NCBI RefSeq assembly: GCF_001194135.2
Contig: NC_069005.1
Span: forward strand, 3,700,374-3,764,373
DNA from: Octopus bimaculoides
Lineage: Eukaryota
Reading direction: 5' to 3'
Length of the DNA: 64,000 nucleotides
Part shown: in pieces, positions 39,366 through 53,188 of the stretch
Layout: every line of letters starts with the position of its first letter
Numbering within the stretch: the stretch's first letter is position 1
Position numbers and translations under genes: made by a program
The notes under the pieces: model-generated
What the model saw: only the letters and a program-made list of their open reading frames with translations
Databases searched by the model: none
What the model was told of the DNA's origin: nothing

Positions 39366-39627
39366 AGCCATAAGAAATTTCACCTAATAGGACATTTTGC
39401 CGTAAGACAACTTTCCAGTATGGACGATTGTAAAGCATATTATCACCATTCTTTTTTTTTTTTTAAATAAAGAAAAAGAATGATAAAAGACTTTATCATA
39501 GTATTAAATAAGTAAATCGTTATTCAACGTCAAACATTAGACAAAAATGATGAGGTCATTTAAAAGGAAATCTCCGACGGGGACTTTTCCTACGGCAAAA
39601 GTATTTACAGTGAAATTTACGATGGCT
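39366..39627. mobile_element. Degenerate MITE-like element with diverged inverted arms
   Basis: Left arm AGCCATAAGAAATTTCACC..CATTTTGCCGTAAGACAA versus right arm reverse complement AGCCATCGTAAATTTCACT..CTTTTGCCGTAGGAAAA, with an AT-rich spacer. Confidence 0.5.
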
Positions 39628-39840
39628 GTAAATAATGTCATGGTTTCTACAAACAATAATTTGGCGAAGTTTTATGTTGGGTATTAAGTTTGATGAGAGA
39701 AGTTGCTCACGTTTCGTGATTTCGGAACGTAACGCATGTGTATTGAGAGCTGACAGTTATTCTTACCAGTGAATGTGTAGTTTCAGAAGAGAGGAAGTAT
39801 GCGGAGCAGTTAAGATCGGTCACCAATTAACACAATTATT

Positions 39841-39905
<65 letters not shown>

Positions 39906-41102
39906 TTCCCTTTCTCTCTCGCTCTCTCTCTCTCTCACAGATAGCCACAAACACACATATGTGGTAGATATATAACTAAGGCAAGCTTAATTAGTTCCCC
40001 ACAGATTGGAAAAATGGCTAGCAAACTCAATCGACTTCCAATACTTAATGCGTTCTCATCAGTGGCATCTATACAAAACTGTCGGCCGGACTAACGTTAA
40101 ATTAAGAACACCGCCGATCTGGGAGTAGAAACCATGATCTTCTGCGATAGTAAATGCAACACCCTAGCTACAATGCCATGTTCTTTTGTCACGCACACAC
40201 GTACATACACACACACAACGACACACACATATGTAGAGTGAGACAGCTATATTTAATATTATCTGGACAAAAACCTCATAGCGTGCTTTCCAAAGCCCCT
40301 GTATGGGCTACCAAATGCTATCGTATAGGGAAACCTGTTTTCCTCGATATGTATGTGTAAATACGTGAATGTCTGTTGAGTATATACAAAAGAATTTTAA
40401 TATCAGAAATTGTAATGCGGCGACTTTCTTACAATTGTTTCGGCGTTTTAGCATTAGCTCGTTATGGCTAAATTTTACAAGTATTATACATATTATTGCA
40501 TCAATATGATTCTGTGTAAGCTGGCCATCTTCACGCGAGTAGGGTCAAGACCACCACTGCCAGAGTAATTCAAATGAACTAACAGTGACCTCACCTGAGG
40601 ACGTACAGGTGTTGGATCATATCAATGCAATAATATCGTAAAGCTTAGGACATAACCAGCTGATACTGATATGCCGAAACAATTGTAGACATCTGGAATA
40701 AAACCTGCTCATTCAACCATCTCGTACACTCCGCACGCACGCACGCACGCAAATAGTGAGGGATTATTGATCTGAACAAAATATTTCATGATCTCTCTGC
40801 TGGCTCACCAGGCTAACCATATTGCATACATAGTTGAAAAACTCCAAGTATTATTATTTTGCTAAGGATTTGATTTATATTGTTCATCACATTTCTGTAT
40901 AGTAAATTCGTGGATGGGTTTCAGATAATCTCTTTTTTACCGAAATATATATATTTATATATTGCTAATCCCTGTATATTTATGATAAATGGTTTTACCG
41001 ATAAAGGTTTTTTCATACTGAACTACTTGGCAAAATTGTTAATTGTTAATTCTATTATTAATTGACGATTCCCTGCCCTTATTCTTGTATATTTTATATA
41101 TG

Positions 41103-41139
<37 letters not shown>

Positions 41140-42149
41140 GCATGAATATAAATCGAACTACCGGAAATAATGGCCAAATGTGGCCAAAATCATTCTCAAC
41201 CTTCTTAAAATGCCAAGTGACACAGAGGATAACGTATACCAGAAGGCATTCATTGACAGTAAGAAAAAAAGATAAAGAAAGAAATTGTGAATCGCAGCAT
41301 GCAAACCTTTCGATCACAATTCGATTCAATTAGTGATTACTTGGGGGACAACCATCTACATCGAATCTATTTATCTTTCATAAGGATCAATAAAATATGT
41401 ATCGATCAATGACATAAATTGTATTCACCACATGCATCTCCCTCTCCATGTCTGGTCGAGAACCATTGTTACTGTTGCTTTTATCGTGAAAAGACTTGAA
41501 TAATTGCTGCATATAATTTTAAGCACTCTAACGTCAGATTTTACAATTCAGCTATACAGTGTCAATTAATTAGAAACACATAATTATGTAAATTTTCGAA
41601 TAGAAGTTTAATTGCTTCTTTATTTTCGATAGTTATATGTTTGTGTCCTGTATATAGAGAGCCCGTGAGAATATAATAACGATATTAATTCTGTTGAATG
41701 CCTTCGTCAATGGGTGCTCTACTTGTTACACTGTAAAGTTTACTTCTATTCTAACATCAAAGAAGTGTTATACCGTTTTCAGACCAAATTTAACAATGAC
41801 AAAAAAAAAAAAAAAATAGTGGACTTATATGCCAAGATGACATACGTGAACCGAAGTTACATGCAGCAGGATTTTGGAGCCACATGAGGCAAAACGAGTC
41901 CGGAAACAGCCGAAGTCGAGCTGTCTTAATTGATGAGGCGAAGGAAAATGCCGAAACTACGCACCAATATCAAGAATTCTCGATCGGCACTTTTCGGACG
42001 ATTATGGTCCCTAGTAGTGCACATGAATAAAAGCATATATACTAACTAAAGCATAAGAGCGGTTTAGCTCTTATTTCTAGCAATGTAGGTGTTAGTCGAA
42101 GGATTAATGTATAGGATTAAATTGAGCCAAATGCGATTCCACTTCATGC

Positions 42150-42415
42150 AGGGTTTTATCCGGTCAAAGGAAAAGCTTGTTCGACAAATTAAGGACTAAG
42201 CACTCCACAGATACAAGTACGATTGATTAAGTTCTCAAGGAGATTCAGTGTGACACAAAATGTGACAGAGCTGCCTCTTTGAAATACAGGCGCAACTCAT
42301 GTTGTACCAGCTGCATGGATTTGAGAACGTGAAATAAAATGTCTTGCCCAAAGACACAACGCGCCGCCGAGAATCTAACTCTTGGATCGTTAGTCGAATG
42401 CCAGAGCCACAAAGG
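42150..42415 (-). mobile_element. SINE family C body
   Basis: AACGTGAAATAAAATGTCTTGCCCAAAGACACAACGCGCCGCC matches the family C core. The 3' body resembles 15480-15600. Confidence 0.75.
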
Positions 42416-42785
42416 ACACCGACATGGATTTAGAAATATAAATTAATTATAATTACGTCACAAAAGTATGGCGATACAAATACAATTGTAGCACACAGTT
42501 TGCAAATAGGTACCAGAATAAAAAATATTCTGCTTCGAAATATTTGATAAAACGTAAAATGTTTGCGAAATTGCTATAGAATAAGCCGTGGGCATAAATG
42601 TCAACATGGCAACATTTACAGCAGAGAAGAACTGAAGCAAAACATACCTCCGAGAAAAATATCAAATGTTAATGTATTAATTTTTGGGGAAAATGATTTT
42701 TATTTAAATATTAAAAAGGAATATATATATAGATATATATATATATATATATANNNNNNNNNNNNNNNNNNNNNNNNNNNNNNNN

Positions 42786-42871
<86 letters not shown>

Positions 42872-43359
42872 ACAAGAAAAGACCGCCGTAGAGGATTTTT
42901 TCTTTATAAATTTTCTCAAATGGGTCGAGATAGAGAGGTTTGGGAATAGCTAACGTACGAATATATCTATATATCTAAAGATCTGTCCTCTGGCAAATCT
43001 CCCGATTCTACTAGCCAAAATAATGAATTTTAACTTTGCAACAAACACTTTGACAATTTTCGCAGGCGAATTTGTGATTGCGGATACTTGATAGCGCCAT
43101 AAGTGTTTCATTCCCGGAAAGAGGAACGGTGACGTTTGACCTAACCCTCTAGGATTTAAATATCAGAACATTAAAGTAACAATGAAACAGAGCCAGTAGC
43201 AATTTAGAGAGAGTGCCGAACAAGGTTTCCGTAATATTACGCACAACATTATCAATCAAGACAACCGGCATAACACTTGCCACATCAAATGTTCTGTTAC
43301 TAAATGATATCAACACAGCGGCCCCAAAAATGATCAAACAAGGCTAGAACCGATCCAGT

Positions 43360-44598
43360 GTTCAATGTTGTCATGACCGCCTTCATCGTCGTCCTTATCG
43401 TCAGCGCCGGTGCCGCCACCGACTCCACTGTATCACGGTTGTAGTCGCCACCACCTTCACTGTAGCACCGTCGTCACCACCATATCGTCGTAGTCGCCAA
43501 CTTTGGCTCCATTGTCGCACTCTATAGTCGTCGCTAACTTTGGCTCCATTGTCGCACTATAGTCGTCGCTATCATGAATTTAGTGATCGTCGTCTCTGCC
43601 GTTGTCACCGCCACCGCCAGTGTCACCACCACCATCGTCAATACCATCGCCACCTACACACACACAACTGAAACAACCACCGCCTCCGCAAACAACTCTT
43701 ATCCGACATAACTTAATGGGTCAGCTAGACATAACAGTCAAATGCTTCTTCTATTACATCATACTGACTTAAAAAATGAAGGAGACGTTGAGATAATGCT
43801 ATAGTTCTCTATACATTAAGGACTAGCCAGAATTAAAAAAAAAAGACGTGATGGTTACGAGTGGAACGTCGTAGATCTTTGTTCGTTTCGATCTGGACTG
43901 TACTGGAAACTAACCTTCAACAGTCAACGCCGACAAAAAATAAAAAATCACAACCTCCACCACAACCACCACTACTACTACTACTACACCACGACCAACA
44001 CGTGGACGACTACCACCTACTACTACTACTACTACTACACCACGACCAACACGACGACCACCACCTACTACTACTACTACCACTAGTATGAATTCTACCA
44101 CCGCAACTACTACCACTACTACCGGCACCAGCAGCACCACCACCAACACCATCACTACTAATACTACTACCACCACCACTACTACTACCGCAACTACTAC
44201 AACTTCTAATACCGGTACCACCACCACCACCACCACTGCTACTACTACTACGACCGCAACTACTACCACCACCAGCACCACAATGACGACGACAGCAAAC
44301 CACCACGGTAGATGTGGATAATAATACTACAAATACCGAAGTTACAGCTGGCATCCGTCACTGGGGGTGTTGACTCTACCATCGCTTCAAAAATAATTAA
44401 CGCCACCGACACAAAAGCTTGCGGTGCTGCGGATGGCAGTTGCAGTGTCAGCAGCAGAAGCAGCAGCGGTAGTAGCAGTAGTAGTAGTTCGACTTCCACC
44501 TGAAAATCAGCATCCCACGTTCGTTCTCGCCGCACACCTAGTACGTTGCATTGCAATACATTTCTCCCACAGACGGTAGTTACGCTACCACCACCACC

Positions 44599-44631
<33 letters not shown>

Positions 44632-44930
44632 GCTGCNNNNNNNNNNACCTAGTACGTTGCATTGCAATACATTTCTACCACAGACGGTAGTTACGCTACC
44701 ACCACCACCACCACCACCACTACTACTACTACTACTACTGCTGCTGCTGCTGACGCTGTTACGTTAGATTGTACTATTTCTACTACAACCAAGAACAACT
44801 GCAGCAATAACAGTATTATTTAGTAGTAGTGCTAGCATCATCTCATCGTCACCATCATCATCACCATCATCATCATCATCAGTAGTAGATAGTTGTAGTA
44901 ATTGTAGTAGTAGTAGTAGTTGGTGCTGTG
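43360..44930. repeat. Trinucleotide low-complexity domain (ACT/ACC/GTC/CAG/CAT/AGT)n
   Basis: Interleaved pure and cryptic triplet runs, including a 37/35-nt tandem duplication at 43499-43570. Confidence 0.9.
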
Positions 44931-45056
44931 TCGCTCACAACAAGCGTATTGTTACCATTATCGAAAAGTCAATGATTTTATCACCGAAAGTAGTAGCAGA
45001 CTTTACCACGTTCTTTCCTACGTTTTACAACTTCGCTCATACTCTCCCAACCACAC

Positions 45057-45098
<42 letters not shown>

Positions 45099-45342
45099 AA
45101 TATGTATTACTATATCCCCTTTTTTTTTATCTCTTTTCGCCTCCATGTATTTCCTTTACAATACTCGTGTGTATTTTCTTTACATGTTATAGTCGCTCCC
45201 TTCGTTTCTCACGCGATAATACAGGCCCATATTCACACACACACACATACTCACACAGACAAACACGCATTTTCACAAGCATATATAAGAATTATTATAT
45301 AAGTTGACCAATAACTACGTGTAAGTATATATATATATATAT

Positions 45343-45381
<39 letters not shown>

Positions 45382-45443
45382 CATACATACACGCACACAC
45401 ATACTCATATGCACGCACGCGTATAAGTGTCTGTACGGGTGCC

Positions 45444-45481
<38 letters not shown>

Positions 45482-45486
45482 TGTGT

Positions 45487-45650
45487 AGGCGAGTTGTCGG
45501 AGTAGATACAAAGTCGGATAAATTACTGGGCGATAGCTATCCCGATATCATAGTTCTGAGTTCAAATCACACGGAAGTCAACTTTGCCGTTTGTTATTTT
45601 GGATTTATTCCATAAATAAATACCAGTGTAGTACATGGGTCGGTACTTCT
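45487..45650 (+). mobile_element. SINE family A, old copy
   Basis: GGCGAGTTGTCGG..TTCTGAGTTCAAATCAC..GTCAACTTTGCC..AAATACCAG..GGGTCG. Confidence 0.55.
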
Positions 45651-45714
45651 CCTTCTCACATCCCTTCACTCACCCTGTCTCTGTTCCCGTTTGTGTGTGT
45701 GTGTGTAAGAGTGT

Positions 45715-46024
45715 TACCATGTGGTGGAAACGTTTGCTTCCCAACCGTGTGGTCTTTGATTCAGTCCCACTGCCGCGACCTTCAGCGAGTGTTTCTACTC
45801 TAGCCCGGGCCGATCAAAACACTGTCATTGTATATAGATGTCGGAAGCTGAAAGGAAACCTTTCGTTCATATGCATGTATCTATAGGGAGAGAGAAATAG
45901 ACAGACAGACAGACATACACGTACACGGCAGTGTCTTTCTTTTGTGTTTATCCCCTATCAATAGTTCCCAGTCCCCATAACCTAGCGCTTCGGCAATAGG
46001 ATTTGATAGAATATGTACCTAACT
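45715..46024 (+). mobile_element. SINE family B, runs into gap
   Basis: TTGCTTCCCAACCGTGTGG..TTCAGTCCCACTGC..TAACCTAGCGCTTCGGCAA. Confidence 0.7.
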
Positions 46025-47022
46025 NNNNNNNNNNNNNNNNNNNNNNNNNNNNNNNNNNNNNNNNNNNNNNNNNNNNNNNNNNNNNNNNNNNNNNNNNNNN
46101 NNNNNNNNNNNNNNNNNNNNNNNNNNNNNNNNNNNNNNNNNNNNNNNNNNNNNNNNNNNNNNNNNNNNNNNNNNNNNNNNNNNNNNNNNNNNNNNNNNNN
46201 NNNNNNNNNNNNNNNNNNNNNNNNNNNNNNNNNNNNNNNNNNNNNNNNNNNNNNNNNNNNNNNNNNNNNNNNNNNNNNNNNNNNNNNNNNNNNNNNNNNN
46301 NNNNNNNNNNNNNNNNNNNNNNNNNNNNNNNNNNNNNNNNNNNNNNNNNNNNNNNNNNNNNNNNNNNNNNNNNNNNNNNNNNNNNNNNNNNNNNNNNNNN
46401 NNNNNNNNNNNNNNNNNNNNNNNNNNNNNNNNNNNNNNNNNNNNNNNNNNNNNNNNNNNNNNNNNNNNNNNNNNNNNNNNNNNNNNNNNNNNNNNNNNNN
46501 NNNNNNNNNNNNNNNNNNNNNNNNNNNNNNNNNNNNNNNNNNNNNNNNNNNNNNNNNNNNNNNNNNNNNNNNNNNNNNNNNNNNNNNNNNNNNNNNNNNN
46601 NNNNNNNNNNNNNNNNNNNNNNNNNNNNNNNNNNNNNNNNNNNNNNNNNNNNNNNNNNNNNNNNNNNNNNNNNNNNNNNNNNNNNNNNNNNNNNNNNNNN
46701 NNNNNNNNNNNNNNNNNNNNNNNNNNNNNNNNNNNNNNNNNNNNNNNNNNNNNNNNNNNNNNNNNNNNNNNNNNNNNNNNNNNNNNNNNNNNNNNNNNNN
46801 NNNNNNNNNNNNNNNNNNNNNNNNNNNNNNNNNNNNNNNNNNNNNNNNNNNNNNNNNNNNNNNNNNNNNNNNNNNNNNNNNNNNNNNNNNNNNNNNNNNN
46901 NNNNNNNNNNNNNNNNNNNNNNNNNNNNNNNNNNNNNNNNNNNNNNNNNNNNNNNNNNNNNNNNNNNNNNNNNNNNNNNNNNNNNNNNNNNNNNNNNNNN
47001 NNNNNNNNNNNNNNNNNNNNNN
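46025..47022. other. Assembly gap (~1 kb N), largest of 11 gaps
   Basis: Run of N. Most gaps abut (TA)n/(GA)n/(CA)n tracts. Confidence 1.
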
Positions 47023-47059
<37 letters not shown>

Positions 47060-47061
47060 AC

Positions 47062-47202
47062 TTTCAGTTTCCGTCTGCCAAATCCACTCACAAATCTACG
47101 GTCGACCTGAGGCTACAGCAGAAGACGCTTGACCACAACGCCGCGCAATGGGACTCAACCCAGAATCATGTGGTTGGGAAGCGCATTGTCACGCCTGCGC
47201 CG
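47062..47202 (-). mobile_element. SINE family B 5' half
   Basis: CTTTCAGTTTCCGTCTGCCAAATCCACTCAC..CATGTGGTTGGGAAGC..CCTGCGCC. Confidence 0.85.
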
Positions 47203-47214
47203 TAGTTATTAAAA

Positions 47215-47336
47215 TGTATCATACGATAAGGCATAAATGACATCGGCGGAAGTTGAACTCTGAACCTAAGGAGTCGAAACAAATATCGCGAAGCATTCTG
47301 CCAGCATGTTAACGATTATGTTGCTTCAATGCCTCT
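47215..47336 (-). mobile_element. SINE family A 5' part, head-to-head with 47341 copy
   Basis: GGCGGAAGTTGAACTCTGAACCT..GCATTCTGCCAGCATGTTAACGATT is the reverse complement of the family A head. Confidence 0.7.
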
Positions 47337-47340
47337 ACAG

Positions 47341-47560
47341 AAGGCGGCGAGCTAGCAGAATCGTTAGCACGCCGGGCGAAATGCTTACTGATATTTCGTT
47401 TGTCTTCATGTTCTGAGTTCAAATTCTGCCGAGGTCGACTTTGCCTTTTATCCTTTCGGGGGTCGAAACAATTAAGTACCAGTTACGTACTGGAATCGAT
47501 CTAATCGACCGGTTTCCCTCTCTTAAAATTTCGGGCATTGTGCGTTAGAAGAAAAATAAA
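47341..47560 (+). mobile_element. tRNA-derived SINE family A, near full length
   Basis: AAGGCGGCGAGCTAGCAGAATCGTTAGCACGCCGGGCGAAATGC..TCTGAGTTCAAATTC..GTCGACTTTGCC..AAGTACCAG..TCGATCTAATCGAC: A/B-box-like head, with many homologs in the window. Confidence 0.9.
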
Positions 47561-47584
47561 TACTCAATGCCACAACACATAAGA

Positions 47585-48042
47585 AAATAAGTCTTCCTAC
47601 AATAGAAAAAAGACCTGAAAATTTGTGGGACAGTGATAGTTTATTATATCGCCACCAGAGCTGTTATGGTACTCACTTTATAGACCCGCGAAAGAGTAAA
47701 TGACAGTCAACCTTGGCGAGATTCGAACTCATCCTAAATTGTCGGGGGAAAAAAGAAATCCGCGAAGCCTTTTTCCTACTTGCTAATGACTCTGAGAGCC
47801 GACTGCCTTCGCCATATACGAAAATATCGGTTGCAAATATTGATACTAAGTCAGAAATTTGTGAGGAGGACGTAAATGAATTACATCGACCTCAGTGCTC
47901 AACTGGGGAATATTTTCACGACCCCGAAAGGGAAGAAAGGCGAAGTCAACCTCGGCGGAATTTGAACTCAGGAAGTAAAGGCGGACGGAAGACCGCAACG
48001 CATTTTGCCTTGCGTGTTACTGATTTTGCCAAGCTCACTACC
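47585..48042 (-). mobile_element. Two SINE family A copies (47585-47800, 47855-48042)
   Basis: Both contain GTCAACCT(T/C)GGCG..(A/T)TT(C/T)GAACTCA and other reverse-complemented family A segments. Confidence 0.8.
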
Positions 48043-48899
48043 TTATGTAAGAAAATATTGATAATAAATCATTGCACCACATTTTCTACAGTCTACTTAA
48101 AATAATGCTTTTTTTTTTTTTTCCAAAAGATGCTGAAACGGGTCTTATAAAACATCATTTCGGTGAAAGGAATCGGGTAGTTACATGCATTGGAACACCG
48201 CTATTTTTGATAATGTTATTTATTGTTTTTCCTACTATAGATCCTAAGAAGAAAAAAAAAACATTTTGGTAAGAGGCGTAAAGCGGATTCTTATTTCTTG
48301 CTGCAACCGCTTCGTTTATGCAGCACCTTTACGTTTTGCGTTCAAAATCTACTGCAGCTAATTTATACACTTGCTTCGGGAATTGATAAAATAAAATATC
48401 ACTGCGGCTGGTGTCATCAGCTACTTTCTCTTTGAACAATTTTGGCTTGAATACACTAAAATGTCATAAACGTTAGTCCGTCAGACTAAAAGACAGGAGG
48501 TTCAGCCATTTGCTGTGGGTGGGCTTCCAAAAGCTGACAAATTAAAGACCCATCTAACTACTGCATTTAATATTCTCGACTCTCACTCAACCCCAAAATC
48601 TTATGGCCTGATGTTTGCTAGCAACAAATATAATCACGATTAACAGAAGCAACCGACTGACACAATCATTAGAGCGCTGGATGACTATACTTGATAAATT
48701 TGTTCTGCTGTATATATATATACATTTATTTGCATTCTATGTTCAAATCTCTTCGAGGTCTGTGTGCTTTTTTTAAAGCATTTCCATATCGATAGAATAA
48801 TGTACAAGTCAACTATTAGGGCTTATTTAATTGACTGTCATTCCAGCACGAAATTTCAAGTTTTAACCTAAAATTGAAACACAAATTAATATAATGTAG

Positions 48900-49225
48900 C
48901 TGCAGGAGTGGTTTTATGGTGAAAAGTTTTCTTCCTAACCAAATGGTTCCGAGTTCAGTCCCGCTGCGAGACATGCTGATCTATAACCTCTAGTTGACCA
49001 GGTCCTTGCATGTGGTTTTAGTAAGCGGATTTAGAAAGAAACTCGTCGTAAATATACACGTTGTGTGTGTGTGTGTGTGTGTGTGTTTGAGTGTCTGTTT
49101 GTCTCCCACCACTGCTTGTTAACCGGTGTTGATGTATTTATGCCCCCGTAACCCAGCAGTTCGGCAAAAGGGTTAATAGATTAACTACCAGGTTAAGAAA
49201 AAATAGGAAGCACTGGAGTCGATAA
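48900..49225 (+). mobile_element. SINE family B
   Basis: GCAGGAGTGG..AACCAAATGGTTCCGAGTTCAGTCCC..(TG)n..CCCGTAACCCAGCAGTTCGGCAAAAG. Confidence 0.8.
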
Positions 49226-50660
49226 GTGAAATTAGGAAAAGATGAAATCATAATTGATAAGGCTGAATATTGAACGTTTTTACACTGAGTACGTTGCATA
49301 TTTCGGTCTCCCTCATACAAAAAATGGGACGCGTATTTGTGTGATCCTATATATAACCGTTTACCTTTCAAACGCAAAATTTATGCTTCTCACAGTTCAT
49401 TTCACTTTTCTTCCCCTCTCTAACTATTTCACTTCTTTCATTGTTATTAATCTCTCATCTTTCTCCAACATGCACACACGCAAAGATACACCCACATATC
49501 TTATATATACACACACACAATCACACACACAGACACACATATATACACCAATATATATTGTTGGTTTTAGAAGTTTAGGTATAGTCTGTGATGTATCTTG
49601 GGATGTATAATAGGTTTCCTACCTTTCACAAATAACATAGCTCTTGCCGATACCCTCACCAGGCTTTATTATATCAAGCCTATCTTGTAACTTGTCCTAA
49701 TACAAAGAAACATCGAAGCAATCTGCACCATCTCCATACCCATCTAACTCGGAATTCCATCGCTAGCCTCAGAAGTTTGAGAGGTTTCGATTATTCCAGA
49801 CAAACTTGCTCCACCACTTCAACTGGATCACACCTTGACAAACAACTGCGCAGCTAGATTCACCATTTCTGTATAATCCAATGTCATTTCATTTACTTCA
49901 GTGCAGTACTCCCTAGGAATGGACTGCTAGATTGTATCGCAGATGAGCATCATATCTCACCAAAACTGAGTTAATGTGAATACTCCATGGAACATCAGTT
50001 GGTTTCGACACTTTTTAGAAACAATAGCAGACATGGAGTCAGGATTTTGCAGATGCTGACACGTATGGCATTGTGGATCTCCTCATGACGTCAGTGGAAA
50101 AGCCCTTCCTGCAGATTATTTGCACAGGTCATGAGGCTATGTTCTATTGATCTTCGCATCAGGCACAGAAGTGGGACAAATGAATGCTGTACATAAGGGA
50201 GATATTACATTTGCGTAACAGAATGCAATAACGTGTGACCTCTAGGATGCATTGCGGTGAGGTATCCAAATGCACTCGAGAAAACCGACTCTGAGTTCGA
50301 AATACCTTCAATAAGGAAACGAACAAACGTTATAACTATTTAAATTGGAGGTTATCTTCATTTTACACTGTGTCTGCTTGTATGTGTGTGTGTGTGTGGT
50401 TGAGAGAGAGTATACGTGCATAGTATGTATAGAAATATAGATATATATATCCGAACACTAACACACACAGACACAAATACATCTGTGTATGTGAAAAAGC
50501 AAAGGTCTTTTAGAGATGTTTATTAACTTGACCAGTTTCACTTCTTTTAGAAACAGATCATCAAAAGTAGAATGTAAAGCTTTACATTTTACCTTTAATC
50601 ATTTTCAAACCTTCTTTGATCTATATTTTCACACGTGCAGTACCTTACAACTTTACTTTG

Positions 50661-50785
<125 letters not shown>

Positions 50786-51625
50786 TATACATGCACATAT
50801 GTATGCATATATATACCAGTATATACATCTGTATATATATATATATAATGTGCTTAGAATACTAGTACTTTCGTCGAAGCTCATGTCGTTTAAATAACAC
50901 TTGTAACTTAACTGCTAATAAATGCTACATCCACACATATCTATACGTGCGAACGTATGTATGTAAATGTTTTACTATATAAGTATGTATATACATTTCT
51001 TCTTTTTTGCCTCAGTCAATCGATTTATTCAATAATCTCACCTGGTTGATGCTTTATATTCCGGCTACTTTTCGTTTGTTGCCTTCGCTCCTTTTTTCCA
51101 ATTTATTCACTAAAACTTTCCTCTGTTACGTTCCCTTCATTTTATATATTGCCTCTTAATATTTCGCTCATTCATTCATCACTTATACACATGCACACAC
51201 ATATATGCATACATATATTGCAAATTATATATATATTTATATATATATATATACATAAACATGTAATAAAATACAGTTGTGTGAATATATACACACATAT
51301 ATACATACATACATACATACCATGATATGCAAATGTACATCATTCTTTCTAAATATATCTCTTCTTATGTGTTCTTGTATGTCTTGATATATGCATAAAT
51401 ACATGCAAATACATAAAGCGACATATACAATCTACGTCCTAAATACATGCACACTTTTATATAAAAGTTGTACTACATGCATACAGACGCGCAAACACAT
51501 GCAACACACATATACACACACATTTATGTACATGTTTCCCGTGTGTTATTCCTTAGGTCCCACAATATAATCTATCCACATATATGCACACCCATATATA
51601 TATGTATGTATATGAACATACATGC

Positions 51626-51686
<61 letters not shown>

Positions 51687-52688
51687 TACGCGTATATAAG
51701 TATATATGAGTGTATATTTATATATATGTATATACGCCCCTTCTTCTATGGCTATAATAGTACTTTGTTCCAATCAACCCCTTCTTCCCCACCCCCGATC
51801 CATTCATCTTTTCAATGGGTGCTTCCCTTCTCGCCTACAACTACATCAACTCTTCTTTGCTATGCAGTTCCTTCGCATTACCAGCAGAAAGTAAAGAGGA
51901 GATATAGAAAGAGTAAGAGAGTAAGAGAGAAAGAGAGGGGAAAAGAGAAAGAGTGCGCGCATGTGTGTGCGTATATATGTGTGTGTGTGTGAGAGAGAGA
52001 GATACACTGCGAGGAGGAGCGAAAGTCAAACAACAAAATAAAGAGATAGAGAGTGGTAGAGATATAACGAGACCGACTGAGACGGAAAAAGAGGAAGAGA
52101 GGAGAGAAGGAGAATAAGAAAGAACTAGAGAAATATAGAAGAGACAAAGAGAGAGAGAGGAAGAACGTGTGAGAAGAAGGTTGAAAGCTGCAATCACTCT
52201 ACGTCTTTGAGGAATCAGAGTGTTCATTTGAAGCTGATCAGACAAACACACACAAAAAAACATTCACATTTTCTCATATACACAAACACAAATATACATG
52301 CTTATACAGATGTATGCATATATAATTAATTTACTTAAGATATAGAATATAATTGTATGTGTAAAAGAAAAGCAAAAAAGAACACACAAACACGTATACA
52401 TACACATATATATATATATATATCGATATAATATCACAAAGACATACATGCGCAGCTTCACTGAGAAGTTTACAAATTATTAACAAATCTCCTTTCTCTA
52501 TATCGTCATAAAGCGACGTTTCTATGTATGTATGTACGCATGTATATATGTTCATACAATTGTGTATATGCGCCTATATATGCTTACGTTAAATGATAGT
52601 GTCAGTAATTCAGCGAAGAATTTTGGTCACTTCTAAACATTCTGACACGCTTTATAGGTTATACCAATTCTACTTTGGACTTTAGGAA

Positions 52689-52761
52689 ATGATTTCGTTG
52701 CTTGGAAACAACATCGGATTCTTATGCACGGCAGTGTTTGGATTATTAACGACCATTCACG
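52689..52761 (+). CDS. Candidate signal-peptide-like coding exon (MISLLGNNIGFLCTAVFGLLTTIH/G)
   Basis: TTTAG acceptor at 52684-85, ATG at 52689, hydrophobic core, strong phase-1 donor CACG|GTAAGG. No homolog recognised. Confidence 0.22.
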
Positions 52762-53117
52762 GTAAGGAACTTGCTCAAGCGCCCTATTCCTAATTCTGCA
52801 TGTAAATATATGACAATTCACAGCGCAGCCATACACCCGCGCACACACATACACACACAAACGTACAAACACACACAAATGTAATTTTAATTGTGTACAT
52901 AAATATCTGTGTGTACGCGTTTGTTTGCGTTCGTGTGTCAGTGTTTGTGTGTATAAGGCTTGTTCATTCACTACCCTTATCTGTTTTATTTTCATTACGC
53001 TGATATAGTGAGAAACTTTCAGAACTAACATTCTACACCGTCTATTTTGCAACAACGCCCATATATCTATATGTATTTTACTGATGCGCGCGCGCGCACA
53101 TACACACAACATTTTAT

Positions 53118-53188
<71 letters not shown>

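Noticed and set aside
40595-40692. Minus-strand TTTTATTCCAG..CAG|GTGAGG exon-like segment
   Set aside because: Stops in all three frames.
44010-44503. Thr-, Gly/Ser- and Val-rich mucin-like ORFs
   Set aside because: They come from triplet repeats. Frames break with stops and no convincing splice sites bound them.
49620-50300. GC-balanced island suspected to be a TE or exon
   Set aside because: Six-frame reading gave no motif I could assign; left unannotated.
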